A stretch of 59,089 nucleotides of DNA, taken from IMG/VR virus record IMGVR_UViG_3300012936_000014, positions 1 through 59,089 of that record; one strand, written 5' to 3'. Of the stretch, positions 18,105-30,400 are shown piece by piece (positions within the stretch are counted from its first letter, which is position 1; every line of letters starts with the position of its first letter). The notes beneath the pieces were generated by a model, which worked only from the letters and a program-made list of their open reading frames with translations, had not been told where the DNA came from and searched no databases. Origin of the DNA: a virus. Its lineage: Duplodnaviria > Caudoviricetes. A program made the position numbers and the translations under genes.

Positions 18105-20936
18105 TTACACGTTGTATTCGTAGTTTGCGAATAGTATGTATTGATCCTGAGACACACCAGTTGTAGCATCAATAGTCATTCTATCAATGTCTAAGTCATA
18201 TACACTAAAATCTATATTTCTTAGTTTTAGTGTGTTAGAAATAATAGCACTTGTTCCTGGCTTGCAATAACACAAAGGAATAGCGTTTACTATTCCTAGT
18301 TCTGCTATCTGACCTGGTTGACTACTACGCATCCATAGGGGCATAAAATTCTTTTCAGTCTCGCCTACGCTTCTAATATTATCTCTAAGGTGTGTAAGAT
18401 TACTGTTATATCTTGTTCTATCATAATCTCCGTCGACTGTAATTGCACTAAGATCTACAGTTATTGTATTTTCAGGATCTGGTCTAAGTTTCCTGCTCTT
18501 AAGTAAACCAGGAGTAAACGGCACATCATATGTTAATCCGTCTCTATTTTCAACCAATAATTTATTTGATATATTTTGTGGTATCTCATTTGTAGTTACA
18601 TTTATTTTTTTTAAGAAAACACTTTCTCTTGTAGTAATCTTCAAATCATCTGCAAATTTTATTTGTTTTAGCCCGTCTTCTCTAGTACCTAAAGGAAGTT
18701 TGTAAAATTCACTATCATAAAATTCGTCATCACTTGTGTACTTAGTGCTATTGACTAAAACTTTTTCCATGTTTGCAATTTTAATTTGTTTTTTTGTTTT
18801 CTTTTGTTTTTTACTTTGTGCTGGATCTAAAACTTCTAAATATACAACTTCATAGACTATATCTCTTGTGCCTGGTGTAAGAGCAACAGCAGTTTTGATT
18901 TCTCCAAATACATATTGCTTACGCTTAATGTTTTGCGAAATAGCCGCAACATAATTATTAATTGCTTTTGTTTCTATACCAGGATACAATAACATTTTCA
19001 TTGTAGTTTGCAAACCAAAGTTAGGATCGTTTGGTCTATACAAATAAGAAGGTGGAAAAATATTACTATCATTAATTAAGTCTGCAAACATTCTGCGCTT
19101 TTCAGTAGTCATTAATGGATTCATATAGATATTACTATATTGTTTATCATCTGGATCACTAAGAGTAATACTAAATTCTCTATCAATCGCACTAAAGCCA
19201 AACTTATCTTGTGCTGTAATTGTAAACTTATAAGTTCTATCTAATCTTGTTTCATTCTGATCAAATTTTGTTGTTTGTGAATCAAATACTGTCAGTCCAG
19301 GACTTTCTGTATTGCCAAAACTTCTAACTTTACCAATTATTTCGCCTTCAAGAGATAAAACAAGCCCAGGCGGTAAATTACCAGTTTTTACTGTGTAAAA
19401 TAATGTACCACTAGGTATTGTAGTTGTTGCTTTTACGCTCAATGTGCTTATATAGTTTGCACTAAATTCACCTAAATTACTAGGTGTTATCCAAGCAATA
19501 GTGCTATCAACTTCGCCTAATAAATTAATTGTAAATGTTTTTTCGCTTGTTGCTATCTCTTTTTCAACTAATGTTATTGTTCCTAAATCAATACTAGTTG
19601 CTTTGGGAATCGAATCAAGTAAAGGTGTGGCTAAATTTAAAACATCGTATTCAGTGCTTTGCGATGTTTGAACATTAAGTACTTGATAGGTCCTACCAAG
19701 AAATGTAAACTCTCTACCAGGAACCTTTGACACATACGTGGTATCAAATTTATTAACTTTAAGTTGGCTTAGTCCTGAGGCTGTGCCTTCATATGCATAT
19801 TTTAATAATTGTATTCTATCTGCGTCATATCCTATACGTTGTGCCGCTACTGTAAATTTATATTCTTTTGTTACTGCTGGTTGATAAGGAACTCTACCTG
19901 CAATTTCTCCTGTGGTGACATCTAAACTTAAACCAGGTGGTAGTATACTAGGAGTGCCATCACTATTTGTTGCTTTAAGATAGTAACTTAAGACGCCGCT
20001 TAGTGTGTTAGGATCTATAACATCTAATACTAGTGTAACGTAATTATTTGCTCTTCTAAAACCAAAGTTAGCAGGAGTTAGCCAAATCGGCACTCTGATA
20101 TGTGTTATATCAGCTGTGAATATACCTGTGCCTATTTGCATAATTGTATTATCAGCTCTAAGGAAATCGTCTCCTACAACATACAATCTAAATGTACGAG
20201 TAGTAGTTGTATCTCCGTCACTTGCTGTAACTCTAAATTGGTAATAACGATTTAGTTTTTTAGGTGATTTAGTAGGAGTGCTGAGATCATATATAGTTGT
20301 ATCATAAAAGAAACTATCAAAACCGTTGTTATCCGGTACACTCCAATCGTAACCAGTCTGTAAATCTTTATCATAACCTACGCCTGTTTCATCGTACTTT
20401 CCTGTACTACTTGCAAGCTCTATTGCCCGTATTGGATCAACTATTCCAACCAGTCTACCATCAGTAGTTAATTTTATACCTGGAGGAAGTTCTCCTCCTT
20501 GACTTCCTATAAAATACTCAATCTGTTGTCCTGCTTCTACATCACTATCTAAAACTTCTAATTGAAAATCTACAGGCGCACTATCTAATATAAAGTAGGT
20601 ATTATTGTTACCAGCCGCAAGTAAGTCTTCAGGAGTAACCCATACAGGATTATCTGGACCTTGAACTGCTATTTTAAAAGTTCTATCATTGATGCGATTG
20701 TTTAGTGCCGCACGTAAAACAAATGTGAATTCAGTATCTCTTGCAACTTCTCTTGGTGTGCCTCTAAGTTGTATTCCGTCTAAATAAATTCCCGGAGGTA
20801 ATTTTCCACTTATTAGAGAAACAGTTGCACTTGTCTCACTTAACGGTAAAGTAAAAGGGGATATAGTTACTTGCTCTTGCAAAGTAAGAAGTGTTTCACC
20901 TGAATTCTTTGTCCAGTAATTTACTGCCTCGAACAT
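18105..20936 (-). CDS. Large virion protein with repeated Ig-like (putative Ig/cadherin-like) domains
   Basis: Repeated LPPG(I/L)xL...GxIxGxP...YxFTxxA motifs. Confidence 0.75.
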   Translation of the reverse strand: MFEAVNYWTKNSGETLLTLQEQVTISPFTLPLSETSATVSLISGKLPPGIYLDGIQLRGTPREVARDTEFTFVLRAALNNRINDRTFKIAVQGPDNPVWVTPEDLLAAGNNNTYFILDSAPVDFQLEVLDSDVEAGQQIEYFIGSQGGELPPGIKLTTDGRLVGIVDPIRAIELASSTGKYDETGVGYDKDLQTGYDWSVPDNNGFDSFFYDTTIYDLSTPTKSPKKLNRYYQFRVTASDGDTTTTRTFRLYVVGDDFLRADNTIMQIGTGIFTADITHIRVPIWLTPANFGFRRANNYVTLVLDVIDPNTLSGVLSYYLKATNSDGTPSILPPGLSLDVTTGEIAGRVPYQPAVTKEYKFTVAAQRIGYDADRIQLLKYAYEGTASGLSQLKVNKFDTTYVSKVPGREFTFLGRTYQVLNVQTSQSTEYDVLNLATPLLDSIPKATSIDLGTITLVEKEIATSEKTFTINLLGEVDSTIAWITPSNLGEFSANYISTLSVKATTTIPSGTLFYTVKTGNLPPGLVLSLEGEIIGKVRSFGNTESPGLTVFDSQTTKFDQNETRLDRTYKFTITAQDKFGFSAIDREFSITLSDPDDKQYSNIYMNPLMTTEKRRMFADLINDSNIFPPSYLYRPNDPNFGLQTTMKMLLYPGIETKAINNYVAAISQNIKRKQYVFGEIKTAVALTPGTRDIVYEVVYLEVLDPAQSKKQKKTKKQIKIANMEKVLVNSTKYTSDDEFYDSEFYKLPLGTREDGLKQIKFADDLKITTRESVFLKKINVTTNEIPQNISNKLLVENRDGLTYDVPFTPGLLKSRKLRPDPENTITVDLSAITVDGDYDRTRYNSNLTHLRDNIRSVGETEKNFMPLWMRSSQPGQIAELGIVNAIPLCYCKPGTSAIISNTLKLRNIDFSVYDLDIDRMTIDATTGVSQDQYILFANYEYNV

Positions 20937-20955
20937 AGCTACTCCTTAAATATCA

Positions 20956-21654
20956 TTATACAATTGATCCAAAATCAGATGAAAACGAACCAGGTGCTGT
21001 AACTGTGCCATAATTAAGATTAATTGTTGCAACTAGATAATTTAATCCTGATGTTGTATTGATGATAATATCTCCAAAATCAAAACCTAAGACATTTGCA
21101 AGTTGCGAATACAGTGTTGTGATACTAATACCATCAACAGTGCCTGTCAATGGACCTTGGAATGAACTTGCAACAACAGTTCCTAAGTTTGTTGCGTTAA
21201 ATCCGCCACCGTCAAGGTTGCCTCCTAGCTGTGGGGATGTATCGCTTTGCACAAGTCCATTTGAATCTACAGAAACAGTAATAGTATTGCTTAGTGCAGT
21301 TGTGTTTATGTTTTGTCCACCTTGTACAATAAGCGTTCTATTTGCTCCAGCTATTGCTCCATTACCACTTGTTCCTTGTAGATTTATTGTTCCTGGATTG
21401 CTAATAGTTATTGTATTTGAATCTGCTGTAAGTGTAACGTTATCACCTGCAACTAGGCTTTTTAATCCTAGTACACCATTTTCTTTTGAATAAAATATTC
21501 CCTCTCCGCCACCTAGGTTTTGTGCGGTTGCTTGGCTTTGCACTCTTGCATCAAGGTTATCAAAGTTATTATTTACTTTTACAAATGCCTGGCGAAGATC
21601 ATCACCAGTGCCATCGTTTGCAAGTGTTCCTACATTAATTCTTGTTATTGCCAT
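20956..21654 (-). CDS. Baseplate/fibre protein with gp9/gp10-like N-terminus
   Basis: INVGTLANDGTGDDLRQAFVKVNNNF; DTSPQLGGNLD. Confidence 0.75.
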   Translation of the reverse strand: MAITRINVGTLANDGTGDDLRQAFVKVNNNFDNLDARVQSQATAQNLGGGEGIFYSKENGVLGLKSLVAGDNVTLTADSNTITISNPGTINLQGTSGNGAIAGANRTLIVQGGQNINTTALSNTITVSVDSNGLVQSDTSPQLGGNLDGGGFNATNLGTVVASSFQGPLTGTVDGISITTLYSQLANVLGFDFGDIIINTTSGLNYLVATINLNYGTVTAPGSFSSDFGSIV

Positions 21655-21656
21655 GA

Positions 21657-23228
21657 CTATTTCCTTATATTGTATTTACCAGATAAATTATTTACAAAAG
21701 GTGTAGCTTTTGCATATCTCTGCACCAACACTCTTCTAGGACCGCCCATTGCATTATCTGTACTACCATAACCTGTCAATGTGCCTGCAGGCATTGTGGC
21801 TACTGAATCGTTGTGTATCATTGTTCTTAATTCTACAGGTGATATCCCCGGATTTGCTTGTAAATATAAAGCACCTACTCCACAAACTTGTGGGCTTGCC
21901 ATACTAGTTCCGTTTATATTGCATTGCCTAAAATTACTGTCTCCCCAGTAGGGTGCATCTCCTTTATTATTTGTGTTACTTGTGCAACTAGTAATTTCAT
22001 CTCCTGCGGCGTAAATGTCTACTCCTGGTCCTGTACTGCTGAAGCCGACTTTTCGATCACCTGTTGCATTCTCACTTAAAAGACAGCCTACCATAAATGC
22101 TTCTGTGCTAAATGGTGAACTTCCCCTATGATAGTTAACATCTACACCTGCTCTATTGAAACTGTTATTATAGTCATCTCCGCCACTAATGTCAACTTTA
22201 AAACTATTATTACCAGCGGCTATACAAACATGCACACCTTCATCAATTAATTCTTCCACATCAGTATCAACGCTTGCAACACGATAAGGAGCTCTGTATC
22301 CATTTATTGTAAGGTAAGGATATAATCCGTATGTATTTCTCATATGTGCATTTGGACTTGTACTAAAACTAGAGTCATTACCGCTGTTATAAGTTACTCC
22401 TCTATAGGTTATACTAGCAAGACTGCTTGCCGGATAACTATATCCCCAACTTGCATTTATAATAGTTGGTCGCTTTCTGCCAGTTATAGGATCTATTGGT
22501 TTGTTTCTATGCCATAGTTTAATAACATCAAATACATCGTTAATTGAAATACCAGTGCCACTATCACCTGTTCCTTCTAATCCATTTACCTTCACTGCAT
22601 ATATTTGTGCATTCCTAGCCCAGCCAAATGTTTTTCCAACCGCTGTGCCTGCAACATGTGTTCCGTGGCCATCTGTATCTCGATAATGATTTACATTTTG
22701 TGTACCCGACAATCCACTAGCTGTGTACCAGTCTATTTGTTTTACACGACTAACACCATTTGCATCTTGAAACTCAGGATGGTCAACTTGTAATCCGCTA
22801 TCTTGTATAACTACATCAACACCTGTTCCATCTAAAATATAATTGTATGTTCCAGATAAACTAGGATACCAGGCCACTGTTTCTTCTGTGATATTATGTC
22901 TATGTTTACCCCAGTCATAGTATTGTCCGCTATCGGATGTGCCTTTGTAAAAGGTGACATTCTCACTTGCGTTATATCCAATTTCTAGATTGCTATCTTG
23001 ATCTGGAGGAATTGCAACGTCTAAAACTCTTGAATCGTTTTTTAAAATATCTGCTTCTGCATCTGTAATAGCATAGTGTGTATTCCGTTGTGATCCTGGT
23101 CTAGCGTTTGCAACATCTACAGTTCTGTTAGGAATATTACCTGCACCTGTCGATGCAATCATTTCTTGATTAAATTGTGTGTAGTCTACACCTTTGTTTA
23201 GAGTAACAATATATTCTCTTTCACTCAT
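21657..23228 (-). CDS. Subtilisin-like S8 serine protease, probably virion-associated
   Basis: Catalytic triad VIQDSG / HGTHVAG / GTSMASP; oxyanion AAGN; lies inside the structural module. Confidence 0.9.
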   Translation of the reverse strand: MSEREYIVTLNKGVDYTQFNQEMIASTGAGNIPNRTVDVANARPGSQRNTHYAITDAEADILKNDSRVLDVAIPPDQDSNLEIGYNASENVTFYKGTSDSGQYYDWGKHRHNITEETVAWYPSLSGTYNYILDGTGVDVVIQDSGLQVDHPEFQDANGVSRVKQIDWYTASGLSGTQNVNHYRDTDGHGTHVAGTAVGKTFGWARNAQIYAVKVNGLEGTGDSGTGISINDVFDVIKLWHRNKPIDPITGRKRPTIINASWGYSYPASSLASITYRGVTYNSGNDSSFSTSPNAHMRNTYGLYPYLTINGYRAPYRVASVDTDVEELIDEGVHVCIAAGNNSFKVDISGGDDYNNSFNRAGVDVNYHRGSSPFSTEAFMVGCLLSENATGDRKVGFSSTGPGVDIYAAGDEITSCTSNTNNKGDAPYWGDSNFRQCNINGTSMASPQVCGVGALYLQANPGISPVELRTMIHNDSVATMPAGTLTGYGSTDNAMGGPRRVLVQRYAKATPFVNNLSGKYNIRK

Positions 23229-23237
23229 AGTCACTCC

Positions 23238-24356
23238 TTAGTGTAAATCTACCCATGCACCGTTTGCATATCCTTGAAATTTATTTGTTGTAGTATTGTA
23301 TATCATATCACCATTTACTGACGATAATGCATCTCTTTCTGTTGTTGTAAAACTTGCTTGATTAATTGGACCCCTGGCAATGTTTATTCTATCAACAGCA
23401 CTTAATGTAATAGTGCTATTACTGGTTAGCGTTGGTGAACCAGTAGCTGATGTAGATTGGAAGTTATCAGCATACACTGTATTTGTACATCTAATATCAT
23501 TCTCTACAACTAAATCACTATTTATTGTGACAGCAGGTGTTATTGTAATTGTAGAACTATCATTAGTATCAATAGTACTACCTGTAAATGTCACTGCTCC
23601 TGTACTACTTGCTACTCCTGTAAGATTACTTCCGTCTCCGTATATAGCTCCTGCAAAATACGCATCCTTAAATCTTACAGCATTACTACCTAGGTCCCAA
23701 GTATTATGTTGATTCGCATTAGGAACAATGTTACCTCTTACAGTTCCGTCTAAATTGACAGCATTCAATATACCATCAATCATTACAGTTGAATCTTGGG
23801 CAAACACACTTCCTACTAAGTCACCGCTATTGTTTACATCAACAGTGATGGCACCACTCTGTAACTGTGTTAGTGTAACATATCCTGCATCATTTACAAG
23901 ACCTGATACATTTCCTCCTGGTTGCAATGCTGTAGTTGCAAGTGTTCCTTGAGCGGAAGTCGCCGCATCTGTAATACCATATCCTACAAGTGTGGTTGGT
24001 TTGTTAGTTACATCCGATGCAAAGTCAACAGTTGTCAGATAGCCTGCATTGTTATTAAGTAGACTAACGTTATCTCCGGGAACTAACACATTCAAGTCGT
24101 CAGTAAATTCACTTAATGCTGTAGGCTTACTTACTAAATCACTGTATAAGCCACTTGTGGCGACAGCGGCAAGACTTGTACCGCCTACAGTTGCACCTGA
24201 GATATTAAGTTGCCCTGCTGTAATAGTACCTGTTGCTGTTATATCTACTACACCAGTTATACTGTTTCCAGTTAATTTTAAATTATCACCGTTTGGTATT
24301 TCTTTAATTTTGTTGTTGTCGGTAGTATCTACTACTAAGGGAAATCTATCAGCCAT
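23238..24356 (-). CDS. Tail fibre-like protein
   Basis: KPTTLVGYGITDA repeat, WDLGSNAVRFKD, C-terminal GDMIYNTTTNKFQGY. Confidence 0.75.
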   Translation of the reverse strand: MADRFPLVVDTTDNNKIKEIPNGDNLKLTGNSITGVVDITATGTITAGQLNISGATVGGTSLAAVATSGLYSDLVSKPTALSEFTDDLNVLVPGDNVSLLNNNAGYLTTVDFASDVTNKPTTLVGYGITDAATSAQGTLATTALQPGGNVSGLVNDAGYVTLTQLQSGAITVDVNNSGDLVGSVFAQDSTVMIDGILNAVNLDGTVRGNIVPNANQHNTWDLGSNAVRFKDAYFAGAIYGDGSNLTGVASSTGAVTFTGSTIDTNDSSTITITPAVTINSDLVVENDIRCTNTVYADNFQSTSATGSPTLTSNSTITLSAVDRINIARGPINQASFTTTERDALSSVNGDMIYNTTTNKFQGYANGAWVDLH

Positions 24357-24498
24357 TTCTGTCCTCGCTACTTGTATTTATTTGCTTTGGTTCTATCACT
24401 ATCATTGTGTTCTTTCCGTTAGGGTAAACAACGACTCGTTTAGTTTTATCTTCCTGCACAATCGGCTTAAGGTCTTTTGCATTTTTTATTTCAGCCAT
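24349..24498 (-). CDS. 49-aa hypothetical protein (not in the ORF track)
   Basis: MAEIKNAKDLKPIVQEDK...; ATGA overlap with the giant gene; its stop overlaps the next start. Confidence 0.45.
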   Translation of the reverse strand: MAEIKNAKDLKPIVQEDKTKRVVVYPNGKNTMIVIEPKQINTSSEDRNG

Positions 24499-27400
24499 CA
24501 TACTCTTCCTACCACAACTTCAACTATGCCGCGTTCAGTATCTTCCTTTGTACCTACAGCTTTACCAATTACTTGTCCTACTCCAGGATTGTTGTCTACC
24601 ATACCGTAGCCTGGTATTGCACTTGCTACAATCATATCACCTTTTGCAACAGCACCAATTACATTTACAGGTACTCTTCCTTGTAGTGCAACCAGTGTTT
24701 TAATTCCTGGACAATCTTGATTCATTGTATAAGCACTTTGATCACTTACTACACCTGCAACTCTAGTATCACCTTTTGTATTAGTTGTAGTAACTTCTTT
24801 ATCACCACCAAACACTAATACAGTGCCTACTTCGTATTCAACATCACCTTCATAATATTCTGCTAAGTCAGCGTATGTTGCTTCAAAACGTGAGTTCGTT
24901 GCTAGGCTCCATCTACCTGTAATAGTACCTGTGGTTGTTGCATCGCCTGTACTCAATCCTCTTACACCACTTAGTGTTTGTGTACTAGGATTGTATGTGA
25001 AGTGTGCATTATCAGTATCTATATATTGTCTTTGGTAACCTGTACCATTTGCTGTACTAAATGTAACCTGGTATGCGACATTATCGTTCTTTTCATCAAT
25101 ATTGATATTATCACTGTTATCAATAGTTCCAGTTATTTGACCAGTTACAGTCATTGTATCATTAACATTCACTGTACCTGAGCCTTGAGCACTAATTGTT
25201 AAATCAGTATTTGCGGTTAAACTTCTTAGATCATCTGTTTCCATACCAGTAGATGTTACTCTACCTTTTACACCGTCTGAAACAAAAGTTACTACACCTG
25301 CACCACCGAATGTGTTAAATCCTGTGTTGCTACCTAAACCAATACCTGTGCTTGCGGCACCTAGTTCATTTGCCGCTTCAATAAATGAAGTTTGTATCCA
25401 ACGTGATCGTACAGCAGATGTTTCTTCGGTAGTGCCTGCTCCACCAGTTGATCCGTATGGTGAGTTCTTTTGGTATTCGCTTTCTGTGTAGTCGCTTATA
25501 TCACCAACTTTAACAACACCGCCTGTTTTGAGAGTTGGTTTTGTTGTACCTTGGGCAGTTAGTATGTTTCCACCTTCTGGTGTTGTAAACAATAAATTGT
25601 TTGAGTTTTCAGCAAGAACAGTATTAGTAGCACTACCACCAATTATTAGACTGGTCATTTGTAGACTACCGTCGTCTCTACGTTTTGCTATACTTGTATT
25701 TTCATTATTGTAGGCAATTTCACTTGAACTATAGACGCCTGCTCCTGTTTTGATTAGAGCTTGGCCAGGATCATTTACAGGATTACCATATGGCAATACT
25801 GCTCCAAAGTCTCCGTCTGCAAGACCTAATCCTTTATCAACTATATTTGCATATGTGTCAATTTCAGGACTTCCTGTTCCTGCTGTGGTTCTACCGAATG
25901 CTTGGTATTGTGCCAACTGTGGTAAGTCATCTAAATCAACATCATTACCTTTCAGTGTGACCCAGCCATCTGTAACTGTAAAGTCATCTGAGTCAAATGC
26001 CGCAACACCTAGTGTGGCTTGTTTTGCTTGTTCGTCACCTGTTGGCGCCGCAGCCGCTGAAGTTGCCTTGTTCATGTTCAGCTTACTTTGTGATATTGCA
26101 AGAGTCGTAAATTCTGTATTATCAACTGGAGCATGAACGTCAGCATTAATAATACTATCTGCTTTTATTTGCAGATCCCATTCAGTATTTGTAGTACCTC
26201 TTGTTACTGTAAGTTCAATATCACTTGCTGTGCTTTCTACTGCATTTACAATCTCATCAATTGGTGGCTCAAGTATTAAACTTGAAACACTTGGACTTGT
26301 TTGTTGTACGCTTCCTGTACTTGTAAAATCCGTTGCGCCTGGTGTATATGTTAGTATGGTTACGTTTGAATCTCTGACTTTATCAAATCTTGATTCTCTT
26401 GCAATAAGTGTACCTGTAGCACCACCAACACCAGTTATCTCTTTGTTTGCACTTGCAGGATCAAATAGTGTTCCTGATTCTGTTTCTACAACAATTTTTC
26501 TTACACCGGAGTAGGTCAATAATTGTTTAGTTAAGTTTGCCTGTGAAGGTGTACTCTTAGTAGTATTTCTAAGATCTTCAAATTCATCATATGCTGATAC
26601 TGCTTCATCCATAAAGATTTTTGAAACTGCATCTTGGTCATCAGTAGGATCTTGAAGGTTCCTAATTTGGTTTGAACCTAGGTCCATGTTTGATTCCATT
26701 CCAGTTGAACCATTAAGTGCCATAAATCCTGGATTAAATCTGTTTGAACCTGTCAATTGTGCTGTGCCGTTATGTCCTAAACGTCTGCTTACATAGTTTG
26801 CAATAGCTTTTTCTGTAGGAACTGCTGTATCTGATAAGTCTGTGAATAATTCATCGTTTGAGAATTCATCAATTGTAACACCATCTTTAAATCCTAATGA
26901 TGCCGCACGTGAAATACCAACTTCACCAGCAAATGTAATACTTCCTGTAGACTGGTCAACAACAAAATACTTACCTACACGGAAGAATCCGTCATTGTCA
27001 GAGCTAATAAAGAACACTCTACCTTTTCGTCTTTCCCAAACCTGTGATTTAGTTGCTGTGTCCGCGTCAGTGTATGCACCAGCTTTGGCTTCTGCTCCGC
27101 CTATAGGTTCACCTAGTAGAACATTAGGATAGTTACTTGTGTTAAATCCGCCAGTACCTATTTCTGTAAAGTCGTGTCCTGTCGCTCTAAGCAACGAAAT
27201 AGCAATTGTAATTTCAGCTGTTGTACCATTTATAAGACCAGCATATACATTTCTTGAAGTGTCGTTTATAGCACCAATATCATTGTTAGTGTTGCCAGTA
27301 ACATCATTTGCTGTAATTGCAGATACTCTTATAAAATACACACTATCTGATTTTATCCATGTACCACTTGGTCCTGTGTAAGCTGTGAAAGTTGAACTAT

Positions 27401-30400
27401 TTGTAGGAGTTGTTAGTGCTTGATCTTCAAATAGTTCATAGGTATTAGCAGTAACATTACCAACAAATTTTGTAGTCCCGTTTAGCTCTGTTGTTCCTAA
27501 AATGTCTTTGAATATTACACTTTGTCCATTTATTAATGGGTGTCCATTTGATGTTACAGTTGTTGTAACACCAATTGTAATATCTTGAATATTGCCTTTT
27601 GTCAGTGCATCATATTCTAAAACTCTCAATGTTCTAGAACCGTATGTGAATATCATACCTCCTGTCCAACCAGGATCACTTGGATTTAACACTGTTTGAT
27701 TGCTTGCATCAGTTGCATCTTGTTGTATTCTGATTGCATCTTTATCACTTAGTGCTACTACTGACAGATATGTATCAGTTGTGTTTGCACCCATTTGACC
27801 GCCACCTAGTGGAGCGGATGTAGTTCTCGAAGCAGGATCTAGTTCAATTTCTACATAATCAAAGTCAGTATCAAACACTGCTTTAATTTGGTTTGAAGGC
27901 AGTGCAAAATTTTGATCATCTTGAATACTAAATGATGTGCTTCTATAGGTTACTGTATCACTTTCATCAAAGTTTACAGCCGTGCTTGGGCGTTCTGTAA
28001 TATCTTGAGAGTTTACTCCTGTGAAAATTAAATTTTCACCATGTCTATATTCTATAATACTGTCGTGTGCAAGATTTTCTTGAATGTCTGGGAAGAAATC
28101 GTTATTTGATCCTGCCTCCTGGATAGTCATTCTATATATTTCGTTGTTGAATGTACCAGCTGTATTTTGCCAGACAGCACTTACTTTTACTGTAAGGTCA
28201 TTGGTGCCATCAGCACCACCTATATCTGCACCACTTATAGTAATTTCATCATTTACAGCATGACCTTGACCACTATTCCCAATTGTTATTGTTGGTACAC
28301 CCGAAGCCATAGTGACACTTAATTGGAAACCGGTACCTGATCCTGTTGTGCTTTTTTGATCAACGTATTTAAATATACCACTGCCAGCCGGAGGAGTTCC
28401 TGTGAATCCGTTACCTCCGCCAAATGTGCTATCTAGTGTATTAACCCCAGTTGCGACTGGAGCACCATCTACACCTACTACACCGTCATTGTTTGGTGTA
28501 GATAAATTTTGGATATTACTGATTTGATAATTCAAAGGTCCTGCTGTCGGATGTGTAATATATATCCTTGCATTTTTCAAAGGTCTTTCTCTGAAATCGT
28601 ATGCTGTAATGCTAGTATCACCAAGAGCATTTGTAAATGTGTTGTAAGTAAAGGCTTTAATACTTTGTACAGTATCTCTTGTAAGAGTAACCTGATCTGG
28701 AATTTCGTTTGGATCCGCACCTTCAGCAACTAGACCAAAGTTACCATAACCGTTCGAACCGTTAAGTGATCTAATCTCTGAACCGTTAGCCGCATAGTAT
28801 GCCGCATGTGTGTAGTATGTAAACATACTAACCATCTCAGAGAACGCACCATTGTTAGTTACAAGCCCGTATCCTAAATCGTTAATTTGTGTAAAGTCGT
28901 TACCTAGTATACTTCTGTTACCTGCTGTCTGAAGATAAATGTCTTGAATAACATCGTTTACATCGTGGTTTACATCTCCAGGAGCATCTGTTCCAACTTT
29001 ATTGTAGCCATTTGTAAAATTAGATTTTGGATCAAGGTATAAAACTGCTTTACCTGTGCCACTATCATAATTTGAAATTGCGTTTATCTGATAACGTATG
29101 CCTTCAAAATAGAAAGGTGCTGGTAATTGTGGTATACGTAATTTTAATCCTTGTGGTTCGCCGGCGACATCCAAACTTTCAACAGCAATAGTAAATGCAT
29201 CAAGAGTAACAGAACCACCACTGACTCCAACTGCTGTTGAATTACCACTGTTTGCAAGTATTCGCATAGGTATGTTACCAGTATATGCATCAACATACAT
29301 ACCACCTCTAAATGCTTTTTTATTTAAGGACTGTGAAAAACTTGTTGCTGTTTGAATATATGGTGATTTAGTTAACACTTGTCCTTCTGGGTCAAGCACA
29401 CACATAAATCCACCGTGACCTTGTACAGTTACGTTACGCACAATAGTAGCATCGTCCATCAAAAACACATCCATTTGATCGTTTCTTAAAGGTGGGTTCC
29501 AAGTGCTAGGATTTTCTAAAGGATATTGTACAATATCAATCAATTGGCCTACAAGTGCAACAGCACTAACTACTTCTACCCATTTTGTAGGTGTTAATAT
29601 AGTGTTGTTTGTTCCTGGTTCCGGTACTTCATCTGTCGCTGAACTAGTGTGCGTGTTCAAAGCTCTATAATATCTTGCGGACCCACCAGTTCCTCTTACA
29701 ACAAAGTCGCCTTGCCTATATGTTCTGTTAGCAGACCATGTCGGCTCAACATCTCCTACTGTGACATCAGGATCAAAATTAGTGCCTACATTCTTTGTAG
29801 GAGCAGTACCTCTAAGCAATGATGAAATTAATGTACTGATATGGCCAATTGCATCAGCTGTCTGAGTCTCTTGACCTGCGACTGCGCCGCTATAATACTC
29901 TCCCTGATTTTCTAGAGCAAATTCTTTACCGCCTGCTAAAAGGTCTTTTATAAGACCATCTACAATAATTCCTGTATCACGTCTACATTTTTGCTCATTG
30001 TATGTGAATCCTGGTGAAGGATAATTTGTGTTGACATAAAAAATAACTTCGTCTTGTATAAATTCTTTATTGCTTTTAATAACATTAGCGGCTGATTTGT
30101 ACAAACCTAAATTATTTACATCACCACCTATTTGTATTCTCTTGGTATTATCGGTTAGGTAATGGAATCCAAAGTATCCTGTCAATGTGCCTTCTTGATT
30201 AAAAAACGGTGTACCAGTGGTGTGCAGAGTGATGCCGTCAAATTCTGTATCTCTATAGAAGTATGTTTGCGCCCATTTACTTTGAGACACACGTTGCTTA
30301 GGCTTGACTAATACTCTTCTAAATTCATCACCTTTTAATGATACGTTATTAGGTAATCTTATAGGATAATCTTCTTCATAAATACCTGTCTCGACACGTA

